A stretch of 64,000 nt of DNA from a virus (taxonomy: Duplodnaviria; Caudoviricetes), in the IMG/VR virus record IMGVR_UViG_3300013121_000028, positions 38,496-102,495 of that record; one strand, given 5' to 3'. The notes beneath the pieces were generated by a model, which was given only the letters and a program-made list of their open reading frames with translations, made no database searches and was not told the DNA's origin. The position numbers and the translations under genes are program-made. Numbering within the stretch: position 1 is the first letter of the stretch; each line of letters begins with the position of its first letter. Below are positions 36,820 to 46,449 of this stretch, piece by piece.

Positions 36820-37350
36820 TTAAATATTTACACCTATATCTGATAGTTTATCTTTCATAAACTGATAGTTTGTTTTAAGATAATAAGAAGAAGGTGATAA
36901 ACTACCAAGTTGTTCTCTTAATAAATCAGGTAAAGCGTATGCTGTTTCACCCGTTCCCCAACCACAATTATCAATCATTTTAGAACCGAAAGATGAAACT
37001 AAAAAATACCAATCAATAGGTTTTTTCACTACACTTAAAACAGACCATACAGCATCTTCTTCACCAAAATAAGTTTCACATCCACTTAAAGAGTTTACAA
37101 CCGTATTTACAACTGATAAATAATTAGTTTCGGGATACGATAGTTTATGACCTTGCTTTAAAAGTCTTTTATATTCATCTTCTGCACTATCAGCAGTTTC
37201 TTTACTATCCTGTAATTTATTTTTATCATCAATTGATTTATATATTCTGTAACCAATTAATCCAACTCCGCCAATAATAGCAATAGCTATTGCTCCTTTA
37301 GCCCAAGTGGGAAGCTCTTTATAATATTGATATAATCCTGCTTTACTCAT
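36820..37350 (-). CDS. N-anchored helical protein (annexin-repeat-like motif)
   Basis: TM; GEEDAVWSVL...DW..LV..FG. Confidence 0.45.
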   Translation of the reverse strand: MSKAGLYQYYKELPTWAKGAIAIAIIGGVGLIGYRIYKSIDDKNKLQDSKETADSAEDEYKRLLKQGHKLSYPETNYLSVVNTVVNSLSGCETYFGEEDAVWSVLSVVKKPIDWYFLVSSFGSKMIDNCGWGTGETAYALPDLLREQLGSLSPSSYYLKTNYQFMKDKLSDIGVNI

Positions 37351-37361
37351 TTTAATATTTT

Positions 37362-37715
37362 TTATTTAATAGTTTGTAATAGATTTTGCCAAACACTATT
37401 ACTATTAATTTCCTTACCGTTATCTAATCTCATTGATTTACCACCATCTGAATAAGAACCTTTAACTAAATATCCTTGAGTTCCTATTTTTCCTATAACA
37501 ACACGATTATTATTATAAAAATCAGCAGTATTTTTTCCTTCATTAAATTTTACAGATAAAACATCTGATTTTGATTTTATACCTAAGTTATCTTGTAAGC
37601 TTTCAAAGTTTTTAGAATTATCACTATTCTTTTTATATACTAAAAAGTAATATGCAATTCCCACAACTCCTAAAGTTATACCTACTGCTATTGCTCCTTT
37701 TTGATTTGGTGTCAT
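37362..37715 (-). CDS. N-anchored membrane protein
   Basis: AIAVGITLGVVGIAYYFLVYKK. Confidence 0.6.
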   Translation of the reverse strand: MTPNQKGAIAVGITLGVVGIAYYFLVYKKNSDNSKNFESLQDNLGIKSKSDVLSVKFNEGKNTADFYNNNRVVIGKIGTQGYLVKGSYSDGGKSMRLDNGKEINSNSVWQNLLQTIK

Positions 37716-37735
37716 TTTAATATTTATTATTTAAT

Positions 37736-40522
37736 TTAATTAGATAATTCAGTCATAGTCATTCTTTTATACTCAGGTCTTAAATAAACTTTTTTATACA
37801 TTGTATCACCAATAGTAATTACATCATCTTTCCAAGAATTTATTTTACGACCAAGAAATGTTTCGGCTGTTTGAATTGAAATAACATCACCCAAATAACC
37901 CACAAAAGCTTTTTGTCTTTCCTTAAATCTATCTTCACTAATCCCTTCTGATGCGAAACTATATGGTAAAGCTATACCACCATTAGAATACATTAACCAA
38001 CTATTATATGCCCATTGTGGTTCTTTATTATTTATTTTTGACAGTTTTGCAAATGCTCTTTCTCTTACGACACTATCACCAACTCCTAAAACAGAGTAAA
38101 CATCATTACCATTAAGTATAGCATTTAGTAAATCTTTAAAAGTGCTATCATTATTAAGTTCTTTCCCTAAATCATCTGACGAGTATTCTTTTATGTACCA
38201 ATCTTTTATTTTACTATTTTCATCAACCAAACCGCCATTTCCAAATTCAGAATTTACACCATCTAAATAATGAGTTGCATCAGATAAATCACTTGCTGAA
38301 CGATGAACCTTACTTACAACCCAAGCAGGTACTTCAGTATCTTTATTAACTACTTTATTAAGTTCTTCTGTATGGTGTTTTATTTGTTTATTATCATTAA
38401 TTACCATTAAGGCATTTTGATAGGAAATATTACCACCATCTTTTAGTTTTAAAATATCCTTTATTTGACCTACATTTATTCCTGATTCAAATCCTTTTGA
38501 TTCAAGATAGTTTATCAAATCACGAACAGAAAATCTTAAATTATCATCATCAACACTAATCTGTCTTAATTTTGCATCATAACTTGCGTATGAATCTTTT
38601 TCTTTATTATAAAAATGTCTTACACCGTAAGAGCTACGCTTTTCTTTAAAACCAAAATCTTTTAATATTACAACAAATGTATCTGATTCATTAGGGCTAA
38701 CATCACCATCATTATCAAAACTTCTTAATGTTTTAGCAAAATAAGCTCGTTTAGCGGTTTTACCACCCATCTTCTGTAACTTATTTAAGTCTGTCATAGA
38801 TAATTTTTCATTATCATTACGCAACAAACCTTCTTTCATTGCTTTTTTTCTTAAAGCACCTTTATATTTATTTCCTGATAAAGCTTTTTTAATCCAATAT
38901 TTTGATTTTACAGAACCACCTTTTTCAAAATGAGTTATATCCTCAATACCTAATCTTCCAAGACCACTTTTTATCCATTTATTACCACGCCTTTCTTCTT
39001 CATCTTTTAAAGCGACTTCAACACTACCATCATCTCCAACCATCATCCAATCTATTATTCCTTTATACTTAGTACCATAATCATCAGAATCCCATAACAC
39101 GCTATCACCTACTTTAAATTTATTACCATCAACAATAGCATAAGCTATACGCCAATATTTATTACCACTAACAAATGTATGTTCGGACAATAAATCCCCG
39201 ATAGTTATTTTTTTCTTATCTAATATTGGTTTTATTTTATTTAAAACACCTTCAAATTCATTAACACTACCACCTTTTTCAAGCTTATAGTATTCTTCAC
39301 TTGAAACGTATGAGTTTTGCTGTAAATATTTAACCAATTCATTAGTTAAATCTTTTTTTCCTGTAACAAATAATGTGTTTTTCTTAGGGTTAAATTTACC
39401 TAATACTCTACCGCCACCTTCAGGATAAATCTCCCAAACATAACCACTCCAAGTTGCTCTGAATCCTTTATCATCCATCAATTTATTAAAATCACCTTCA
39501 GTAAAACGACGTACTGAATCAATACTACCACCTTCTTCAAATACTTCTAAATCTGATAATTTAAATCCATATAAAGTATGTCCTGAAATTGTTTTTATAG
39601 TAATGTTTGTAAAATCATCTTCAATAGAGTGAATCTTTCCTTCTATTCCTTTATTAGCACCCGTTTTTACTTTAACTAAATCACCAACTTTTGCTTTATC
39701 AACCCCACCTCCATTTGAGTATTTTCCATCTTTAAATTCAAAGTAATTTTGAGTTATTTGGTCTGCTATATTATCTAATGCTTCATCATCAAGTTTTGTT
39801 TTTGAAGCACCGCCTTTACCAACAACTCCCAAATATTCTTCAGGTATATTTTTCCAAATATAATGATGTATATTATTACGCTTTGTATAAATAAATTTTC
39901 TTCCTTTAGGCGTTATTATTTCTTCACTAAAAACACCTCCATTTTCAAAAGGAGTATTATTTTTATTATCAAATTTTTCTGATGCCAATTCAACTTTACC
40001 TTTTGTACCTATTGGTCTTAAATCATAAGCCTGTCCATCCAAATAATAATCAAAAGTATATCCAATAGCTTCCAATTCTTTATGAGCCTGTTCTAAACCT
40101 CTATAATCACCATCTTCAAAAGCCTGTTGATGTTCATCAAGTATTTCTTGAACATTTTCAGGAATATTTTCATAATCTTCAAATAAATTAACTCCTTCTT
40201 CTTCAACCCCACCACCATTTTCATATTCAATAACATAGGAATCAGCAACAAACTCAATAGCACCTTTTCTATCACCTTCATAAAGTTTATTACCTTGATT
40301 ATAAATTTGATATATACCCGTTTCTTTATTATAACTTAAATCTAATAATCCGTGCTTTGTATCAGTAATTGACATAGCACCACTTAAACTTTCATCAAGT
40401 ATTTTAATATCTTCAAGTGCATATTCAAGCCTTAATCCATCTTCATTAACTTCATCTTCAAGGCTACCGCCATACTTAAATTTACTTTTTGGAAAAGTAT
40501 TTTTATACTTACATCCACGCAT
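37736..40522 (-). CDS. modular polyprotein (928 aa) with 11 [FYML]xxGG-type linkers
   Basis: FKYGG, YENGG, FENGG, YSNGG, FEEGG, LEKGG, FEKGG, FDNDG (degenerate), LKDGG, FGNGG, YSNGG, spaced 60-120 aa; includes a KOW-like module. Confidence 0.75.
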   Translation of the reverse strand: MRGCKYKNTFPKSKFKYGGSLEDEVNEDGLRLEYALEDIKILDESLSGAMSITDTKHGLLDLSYNKETGIYQIYNQGNKLYEGDRKGAIEFVADSYVIEYENGGGVEEEGVNLFEDYENIPENVQEILDEHQQAFEDGDYRGLEQAHKELEAIGYTFDYYLDGQAYDLRPIGTKGKVELASEKFDNKNNTPFENGGVFSEEIITPKGRKFIYTKRNNIHHYIWKNIPEEYLGVVGKGGASKTKLDDEALDNIADQITQNYFEFKDGKYSNGGGVDKAKVGDLVKVKTGANKGIEGKIHSIEDDFTNITIKTISGHTLYGFKLSDLEVFEEGGSIDSVRRFTEGDFNKLMDDKGFRATWSGYVWEIYPEGGGRVLGKFNPKKNTLFVTGKKDLTNELVKYLQQNSYVSSEEYYKLEKGGSVNEFEGVLNKIKPILDKKKITIGDLLSEHTFVSGNKYWRIAYAIVDGNKFKVGDSVLWDSDDYGTKYKGIIDWMMVGDDGSVEVALKDEEERRGNKWIKSGLGRLGIEDITHFEKGGSVKSKYWIKKALSGNKYKGALRKKAMKEGLLRNDNEKLSMTDLNKLQKMGGKTAKRAYFAKTLRSFDNDGDVSPNESDTFVVILKDFGFKEKRSSYGVRHFYNKEKDSYASYDAKLRQISVDDDNLRFSVRDLINYLESKGFESGINVGQIKDILKLKDGGNISYQNALMVINDNKQIKHHTEELNKVVNKDTEVPAWVVSKVHRSASDLSDATHYLDGVNSEFGNGGLVDENSKIKDWYIKEYSSDDLGKELNNDSTFKDLLNAILNGNDVYSVLGVGDSVVRERAFAKLSKINNKEPQWAYNSWLMYSNGGIALPYSFASEGISEDRFKERQKAFVGYLGDVISIQTAETFLGRKINSWKDDVITIGDTMYKKVYLRPEYKRMTMTELSN

Positions 40523-40547
40523 ATTATTAAATTTTTCTAATTATAAA

Positions 40548-41219
40548 TTAATCAACACATTTATAGAATGGGCGTAAGAAACATTTTGTATATTTCTTAC
40601 CATTAACAAAATCACAAGGATATTTAGGTTCACGACCTAATATTTCCTTCATTTCATCAACTGACATTTCAACAACAACAACATCTCCTCCTTCATTATA
40701 TTTTTTCTTTAAATTATCGTCAGAGTGTGTTCTATCAGCCCTTCTTTCATGATAAATTTGTTTTTTATCATCAGAATAATTACCATCAGCATCTTTCTTA
40801 TATTTTTCAATCTCAGATACAGTAGGTCTTTTAAAGTGAAGTTTTTTTGCTAAAGCACTTTCAGTACCATCTTTTTTCTTTAAATGAGTTGTTTTCCAAC
40901 GATAACCTGTTGGTTTAGCTTTAGTTTCTTTATCTTTTTCACTTGGCTTATGAGCTTTTAAAAGCTTTTTACCTTTAGATAATACACCACCACCTTTGAA
41001 TTTTTTAGATGGTTTTTTATCACTTTTATCTTTACGTTTTTCATCATAAACACCATCTCCAAGATATTTTTCAACATCTTTTTTTGTTGGTGTAGAATAA
41101 GGACTCTTACCTAATTTCTTAGCTAATTTATCAGTATAACGCTTACCTACGGGTTTCGCTTTTTTATCTTTATCATTTTTAGATGAATAAGAATCTGATT
41201 GTGCTTTGTTTTGTTTCAT
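40548..41219 (-). CDS. basic two-module polyprotein with GG linkers
   Basis: FKGGG and YNEGG linkers; two KAKP.G.R modules; C-terminal FLRPFY tag. Confidence 0.65.
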   Translation of the reverse strand: MKQNKAQSDSYSSKNDKDKKAKPVGKRYTDKLAKKLGKSPYSTPTKKDVEKYLGDGVYDEKRKDKSDKKPSKKFKGGGVLSKGKKLLKAHKPSEKDKETKAKPTGYRWKTTHLKKKDGTESALAKKLHFKRPTVSEIEKYKKDADGNYSDDKKQIYHERRADRTHSDDNLKKKYNEGGDVVVVEMSVDEMKEILGREPKYPCDFVNGKKYTKCFLRPFYKCVD

Positions 41220-41239
41220 TTTTGTTTTTTTTTAAATAT

Positions 41240-42946
41240 TTATGATATTCTGTAATAAGGTCTTAAAAAGCATTTTGTAAGGACTATTGCTCCTACTATT
41301 TCATTTGGGTAATTTGGTTTACGACCAATGATTTCACTTAAAATATCTGAATGAATTTCTCCATTAATCAAATTTTCACGAACCATATTTTCATCAGTTA
41401 ATTCTCCACCGTATTTATATTCAAGTTTTGGTAAAGGTTTTCTCATAGTGCAACCGCAACCAACCCCTCCACCATTAGCATAAATACCATTCATAACATT
41501 ATCCATTCTCTTTATTGACATTAATTTCAAAACACTAACATTTTTACCATTCAATGTATATTTATTTAATGTTTCCAAAATATCATCTTTACTTCCTTCC
41601 CCATAGGAAGCTAATGTATGTTCGTGAACATTACCATCCGTAGTTATATATTTTACAAGATATAATGGTTCATTTTCAAAATCACCAACCCCACCGCCAT
41701 TGGAGTATTTTTTAATTTCTGTTACAGGATAATGGTCTGAACTTCCATCGTTAAATTTAATTTCATACCAATCTAATTCGTTAGGGTCTTTTGTTTCTTT
41801 ACCGAGCATAGAAACAATATTTCCTTCTTTTCCGTTTACAATAACTTTTTCATCAATATCAAATTCTTCATCAACCCCACCGCCTTTTTCATATTTATCA
41901 TAAGTTTTCTTGCGACGTTTGAATGTTTTGGCATATTGAACTTCGTGTTTTTCGTTTTTATTGAAGTATTTACGGTCTTTAGCTAAAGCTGATTTACTTC
42001 TACTTGTTCCGAATCCGAATATACCACCACGTTTCATTTCACCCATATCAGATGTAATTCCTTCGGCTAATGTTTCTGTGTCATATTCCTCATGAAACTC
42101 AATCATATCACGCAACCAAGTTTCTTTTGAATCAACTAATTCAACAGCATCTTCTCTTGACATATCTTCTTTGTCAATAATATACTGAACAACACGATTG
42201 TATATTTCTCCAAAAGAATTACCAACCCCACCGCCATTGGAGTATTTAGTTTTATTTTCTTTAATCTCTTTCCATAAATCAGAAAAAGTTACCCATTCCA
42301 ATCCTTCATCTTCGTTATCAATTTCTAATCCTGCAACTCCACCTTTTTTATTGGCATAATCACGAACAAGATTTTCTAACTCTGATGAATTTTTAGCTTT
42401 TTTCAAAATTTCATTCCCGTCTTTTGATGATAATAACCATTTACCAAGTGCTTCATTTTCATCATTAGACCACTCAACACCACCGCCATTTTCATATTTA
42501 TCATAAGTTTTCTTACGACGTTTGAATCTTTTGGCATATTGAACTTCGTGTTTTTCGTTTTTATTGAAGTATTTATGGTCTTTAGCTAAAGCTGATTTAC
42601 TTCTGCTTGTTCCAAATAAACCACCGCCATTTTTCATTTCATCAATAATAGTGATATTATTTCTTTCAATCCCAAACTCATTCACCATATAATCAATGGC
42701 TTCTTCTTTTGAAGAATGTAATTGAGAATTTTGAGATTCATTTTCAGGGAAAACAGATTGCCAATTTTCACCATCAAATTCAACATAATATCCACCAACC
42801 CCACCGCCATTTTCAAATTTCTTACGACGGTCTTTGTCGCTTCTATTTTTACGATATTCGTAATAAGTATTTCCGTTGCTTGATATACGCTTACCTTCGT
42901 GTAAAGCTTTGATACCTTTATCTTTTTTAAAACTACGACGAGCCAT
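41240..42946 (-). CDS. modular polyprotein (568 aa) with 9 [FYM]xxGG linkers
   Basis: FENGG, MKNGG, YENGG, YSNGG, MKRGG, YEKGG, YSNGG, YANGG, YKYGG; one duplicated basic module. Confidence 0.75.
   Translation of the reverse strand: MARRSFKKDKGIKALHEGKRISSNGNTYYEYRKNRSDKDRRKKFENGGGVGGYYVEFDGENWQSVFPENESQNSQLHSSKEEAIDYMVNEFGIERNNITIIDEMKNGGGLFGTSRSKSALAKDHKYFNKNEKHEVQYAKRFKRRKKTYDKYENGGGVEWSNDENEALGKWLLSSKDGNEILKKAKNSSELENLVRDYANKKGGVAGLEIDNEDEGLEWVTFSDLWKEIKENKTKYSNGGGVGNSFGEIYNRVVQYIIDKEDMSREDAVELVDSKETWLRDMIEFHEEYDTETLAEGITSDMGEMKRGGIFGFGTSRSKSALAKDRKYFNKNEKHEVQYAKTFKRRKKTYDKYEKGGGVDEEFDIDEKVIVNGKEGNIVSMLGKETKDPNELDWYEIKFNDGSSDHYPVTEIKKYSNGGGVGDFENEPLYLVKYITTDGNVHEHTLASYGEGSKDDILETLNKYTLNGKNVSVLKLMSIKRMDNVMNGIYANGGGVGCGCTMRKPLPKLEYKYGGELTDENMVRENLINGEIHSDILSEIIGRKPNYPNEIVGAIVLTKCFLRPYYRIS
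41872..42612. repeat. ~140-bp near-identical direct repeat (about 41872-42011 and 42473-42612)
   Basis: both copies encode FGTSRSKSALAKD.KYFNKNEKHEVQYAK.FKRRKKTYDKYE.GGGV. Confidence 0.9.
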
Positions 42947-42951
42947 TATTA

Positions 42952-43080
42952 TTATTTTTTATTTTTATCGTTATTATGATTAATCAAAAAATTCTTTCCG
43001 TTATAAACAGCAGTTGCTACACCAATACCAATTAAACTTAATGATAACCATTTTGGCATAGTATTTAATAATTTTATCAT
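42952..43080 (-). CDS. small single-TM protein (42 aa, not in ORF track)
   Basis: translated by hand: MIKLLNTMPKWLSLSLIGIGVATAVYNGKNF...; ATG overlaps the upstream TAA. Confidence 0.55.
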   Translation of the reverse strand: MIKLLNTMPKWLSLSLIGIGVATAVYNGKNFLINHNNDKNKK

Positions 43081-43235
43081 TATAATCTACCTTGAGCTTT
43101 TAAATTTTTTGATGCTTGTTTTACAGCTTGATGATACAATTTGTATTTACCTGTTGCCCAAAGTTTTTTTGCTTCTCCTTGAATTAAGTTCATACGAGCT
43201 TTATTTGCCGATTTTACTGATGCTTTTTTTGCCAT
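43080..43235 (-). CDS. small basic putative DNA-binding/core protein (51 aa, not in ORF track)
   Basis: translated by hand: MAKKASVKSANKARMNLIQGEAKKLWATGKYKLYHQAVKQASKNLKAQGRL. Confidence 0.65.
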   Translation of the reverse strand: MAKKASVKSANKARMNLIQGEAKKLWATGKYKLYHQAVKQASKNLKAQGRL

Positions 43236-43418
43236 TGTTTTGATTTTTTTGATTTGTTGTTATTTCATTAGTTTTTTAATGTCATAAATATATTGAATTA
43301 TCTCACAAGATAATCAAAAACTTGATTATTTTTTCAATCATGTTTATTAACAATGATTAGTTCAAATTAAATCAAGATTGAAAAATTATATTTGTCAAAA
43401 AAAAAGTAAAATTTAAAC

Positions 43419-45056
43419 TTATTCAGCTTTAACAGACTCTAATAAGAGTTGATTAAAATCACCTAAATCAAAAGGCTTAACCGATTCTGCATTTAAAGGC
43501 ATAATATTGTTTTCAAGCACCTGTCTTTCACTAACTTTTTGTGGTTGATTGAATTTATTTACAAAATCATCAAAATTATCATCCGCAATAGATGATAATA
43601 ATTTCGATTTATCTATTTCTTGATAAATTAAAATTATTTTTATGTTTGAATTAGGCTCTACTCTTAGTCCTGTAAACCATTGATTTATACCTAATATTAA
43701 AGGTGCTTTACCATCTTCAATAGGAAAATCCAACATACCTATGCCATTTTGGAACTGCATTGTACCAACAGAAAGACTTGGAGTTTTTGGTTCAAAACAT
43801 TGATTTCCATTTGCATCTTTAGTGGTTTGAAAGAATGTTTGGTTAAAATTTACCGAATTATCAGAGTAATAATATATTCTTCTTACCCAATAAGGATTAT
43901 AAAGACCATTTCTTACAAAGAAATTATAATTCGTTGAACCACCTATATATTGAGTTATTGTGCTTAAAGGTATAAATGAGTTTAAAGCGGGTACACCAAC
44001 AGCATCAGAAGAAGCGTATAATATATTATTTAAACTTGAATAAGCTAAAGTTAACCTATCAAAATTTTGTGGAAATATTGTTGTTCCTAATAAAATATCA
44101 GTATTAGTATCAATTCTTAATAAATTACCCGAACCACCATTAAGACCAACTCCATACATAGTTCCCGAAGATGTATGTAAAAAGAAATCAGTTGATATTT
44201 CGGTAGGTAAAATATTAGATATAAAAGTATCTGTACTCGTATTATAAGTCCATATACCCGCAGAAGAAACACTTCCTATATATAATTTATTTAAAGTATT
44301 GTTTATTCCAACAGAAAAAGGTGCAATTAATGGGGATGGTACTGAAAACAAAAATATATTTAAGTTTAAATCTAATTTTATTAAAGTGTTCAATCCATTA
44401 TCTACCGTATATGCAAAATTTGATGATGTTATAGCTATCCTTTGCGGTGTCATACCTATCAATGGAATAGCAAATAATATAGCGTTTGTTACACAATCAA
44501 CTATAACGACACCACCATTTTGTGATATTACCCAAGTGTTATTATTTGAATTGTACTCTATCCAATTAACTCCCAAAAAAGGTAATGGTACGTTTATTAT
44601 TAAACCTTTAGTTGTTGCATTAAAAATATCAATACTATTAAAAATACCACCAATAGCCATTTTATCATTAACAGGACTATAAGATATTGATGTAATATTA
44701 AATAAACCCGTAGGATAAGAATTAAAAGTTTGTGTATTTATATCATAAACATAAATATTACCACCACCTAAATTTTGACCACCCCAAATTTCATTTAAAT
44801 TAGAATTATATTCAACTGCCTTTGATTTATACGGTGCAGGTGATATAGGTGTATATGTTTGTGGTGCTGTTCCCGAAACAGAAGTTGGAGATGTTGGATA
44901 ATTAAATAAATTTGGCTGTTGTGGGTCAAACGGATTGAATATTACAGGAGAACTTGTTGGATTAGTAAATATAAATTCATCAATATCAAATGCTTTATTA
45001 TTAATATTGAAATCAATTCCTAATCTTTCGGCTTCTAAGTAACCTGTTTTTTTCAC
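43419..45056 (-). CDS. capsid-like domain with inserted beta-propeller (minor capsid/turret candidate)
   Basis: about seven ~40-aa YVTN-like blades, flanked by FIFTNPT...PFD and KDANG...QFQ segments homologous to 58176-59000. Confidence 0.6.
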   Translation of the reverse strand: MKKTGYLEAERLGIDFNINNKAFDIDEFIFTNPTSSPVIFNPFDPQQPNLFNYPTSPTSVSGTAPQTYTPISPAPYKSKAVEYNSNLNEIWGGQNLGGGNIYVYDINTQTFNSYPTGLFNITSISYSPVNDKMAIGGIFNSIDIFNATTKGLIINVPLPFLGVNWIEYNSNNNTWVISQNGGVVIVDCVTNAILFAIPLIGMTPQRIAITSSNFAYTVDNGLNTLIKLDLNLNIFLFSVPSPLIAPFSVGINNTLNKLYIGSVSSAGIWTYNTSTDTFISNILPTEISTDFFLHTSSGTMYGVGLNGGSGNLLRIDTNTDILLGTTIFPQNFDRLTLAYSSLNNILYASSDAVGVPALNSFIPLSTITQYIGGSTNYNFFVRNGLYNPYWVRRIYYYSDNSVNFNQTFFQTTKDANGNQCFEPKTPSLSVGTMQFQNGIGMLDFPIEDGKAPLILGINQWFTGLRVEPNSNIKIILIYQEIDKSKLLSSIADDNFDDFVNKFNQPQKVSERQVLENNIMPLNAESVKPFDLGDFNQLLLESVKAE

Positions 45057-45069
45057 AACTAAATGATTT

Positions 45070-45915
45070 TTAAGCTCTTACTCTATTATTAATTGGGTGG
45101 CTAACTATACATTTATTCTCTAACTCACCATTATTGAACTTTTTCATAAAGTCGTTTAATATTAAATATCTTCTATGGTTAAGTGCATTATTAGCTCCTC
45201 TGAATACATTTAAAAATGCGTATTGAGCCTCAATATATGGATAGCCCAACGATAAATAAATATTAAGTGCATTAATATCCGCACTAACTTCATCACCTAT
45301 TTCTCTATCAATTTTAGGATTCATGTATTTATGAGAAAATTCATGAAGTAATATCACCATTCTCATTGGTACTGAATATTTTTCAAAATCAACTTTTGAA
45401 ACTTCGATAACTCCTGTATTATGACCAACCCTTGCAGGTGTTCCAACAAAAGCACCTGTTTGTCTATCTCTTATTTTATTATAATAATCAATACAGAATT
45501 TACCATCATCTGAACGATAAATACTCGGCTTATAATCACCTGCTGATAGTGTATCGGCATTTGCAGAAAACCATTTAGCAAATTCTACAAAAGACTTAAC
45601 ATCATTATCCATCCATAAAGGACAGGTTTTTAATTCAGCTACATCAAATCTTTTAATACTAAATGAATTATCAACTTGATTGTTTCTTGGTTGTCCATTT
45701 TTTCTGTTAGTTATTGATAACACCATGTTGTATGGTGTTTGAGGAAACTTTAATTCAAATTCCCTATAACCATTAATCTCACCGTTTCTATTTATATATA
45801 TTGTACTTGGTTGCATCCCATCATAAGCCACGATATTTAAATATTCAGGACTGTTTGTTTTAATTCCTAAAATTAATGAGAATGGTATTGTATTTGATGG
45901 TATATTGAAAATCAT
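45070..45915 (-). CDS. zincin metallopeptidase (maturation protease candidate)
   Basis: ILLHEFSH followed by DEVSAD (HExxH plus ExxAD). Confidence 0.8.
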   Translation of the reverse strand: MIFNIPSNTIPFSLILGIKTNSPEYLNIVAYDGMQPSTIYINRNGEINGYREFELKFPQTPYNMVLSITNRKNGQPRNNQVDNSFSIKRFDVAELKTCPLWMDNDVKSFVEFAKWFSANADTLSAGDYKPSIYRSDDGKFCIDYYNKIRDRQTGAFVGTPARVGHNTGVIEVSKVDFEKYSVPMRMVILLHEFSHKYMNPKIDREIGDEVSADINALNIYLSLGYPYIEAQYAFLNVFRGANNALNHRRYLILNDFMKKFNNGELENKCIVSHPINNRVRA

Positions 45916-45941
45916 AATTTATTATACGCAAATATATTTTA

Positions 45942-46445
45942 TTAAACCATTTTTATGTTTTGAGTTTTCATTTTTTTATAACCATAATAAGCTACAAATC
46001 CAACTAATATTCCTAAACCTATTCCAACTAATAATTGTTGCTTTGTCATTCCGAAAATTTTACCATCATCATCATTAGACTTAACATCAACATTTGGTTT
46101 ATTTTCAGATTTTGTTTCGGAAACAACAGATGTCGTAACTACATTTGATGAATTATCAACAAAATCCTTGCTTTTAACAGGATTTCCTGAAACATCAAGT
46201 ATAAGATTACCATTAAAATCAACAATATTACCTTTTGAATCAGTTGGTAATGGCATAGAAAGACCACCACTTTTAGTTGTAAAAGTATCAGGATTATAAC
46301 CTTCAATTTTTATTACATCACTTAATTGACTAACACCTGTTACATCCAAAAAACCTTTTTCATCCCATAATCTATCACCGTATGTACCCAAACGATAATA
46401 TTTTGCAGGTTGTTGGTTTATATTTAAAGTTTCTTTAATATACAT
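45942..46445 (-). CDS. GMPK-anchor family membrane protein
   Basis: DDDGKIFGMTK + TM + YKK; start moved to ATG 46445 to avoid overlap. Confidence 0.7.
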   Translation of the reverse strand: MYIKETLNINQQPAKYYRLGTYGDRLWDEKGFLDVTGVSQLSDVIKIEGYNPDTFTTKSGGLSMPLPTDSKGNIVDFNGNLILDVSGNPVKSKDFVDNSSNVVTTSVVSETKSENKPNVDVKSNDDDGKIFGMTKQQLLVGIGLGILVGFVAYYGYKKMKTQNIKMV

Positions 46446-46449
46446 GATA

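Noticed and set aside
43387-43394. TATATTTG promoter box on the + strand
   Set aside because: It points antisense into a - strand gene, and the octamer is expected by chance at this AT content
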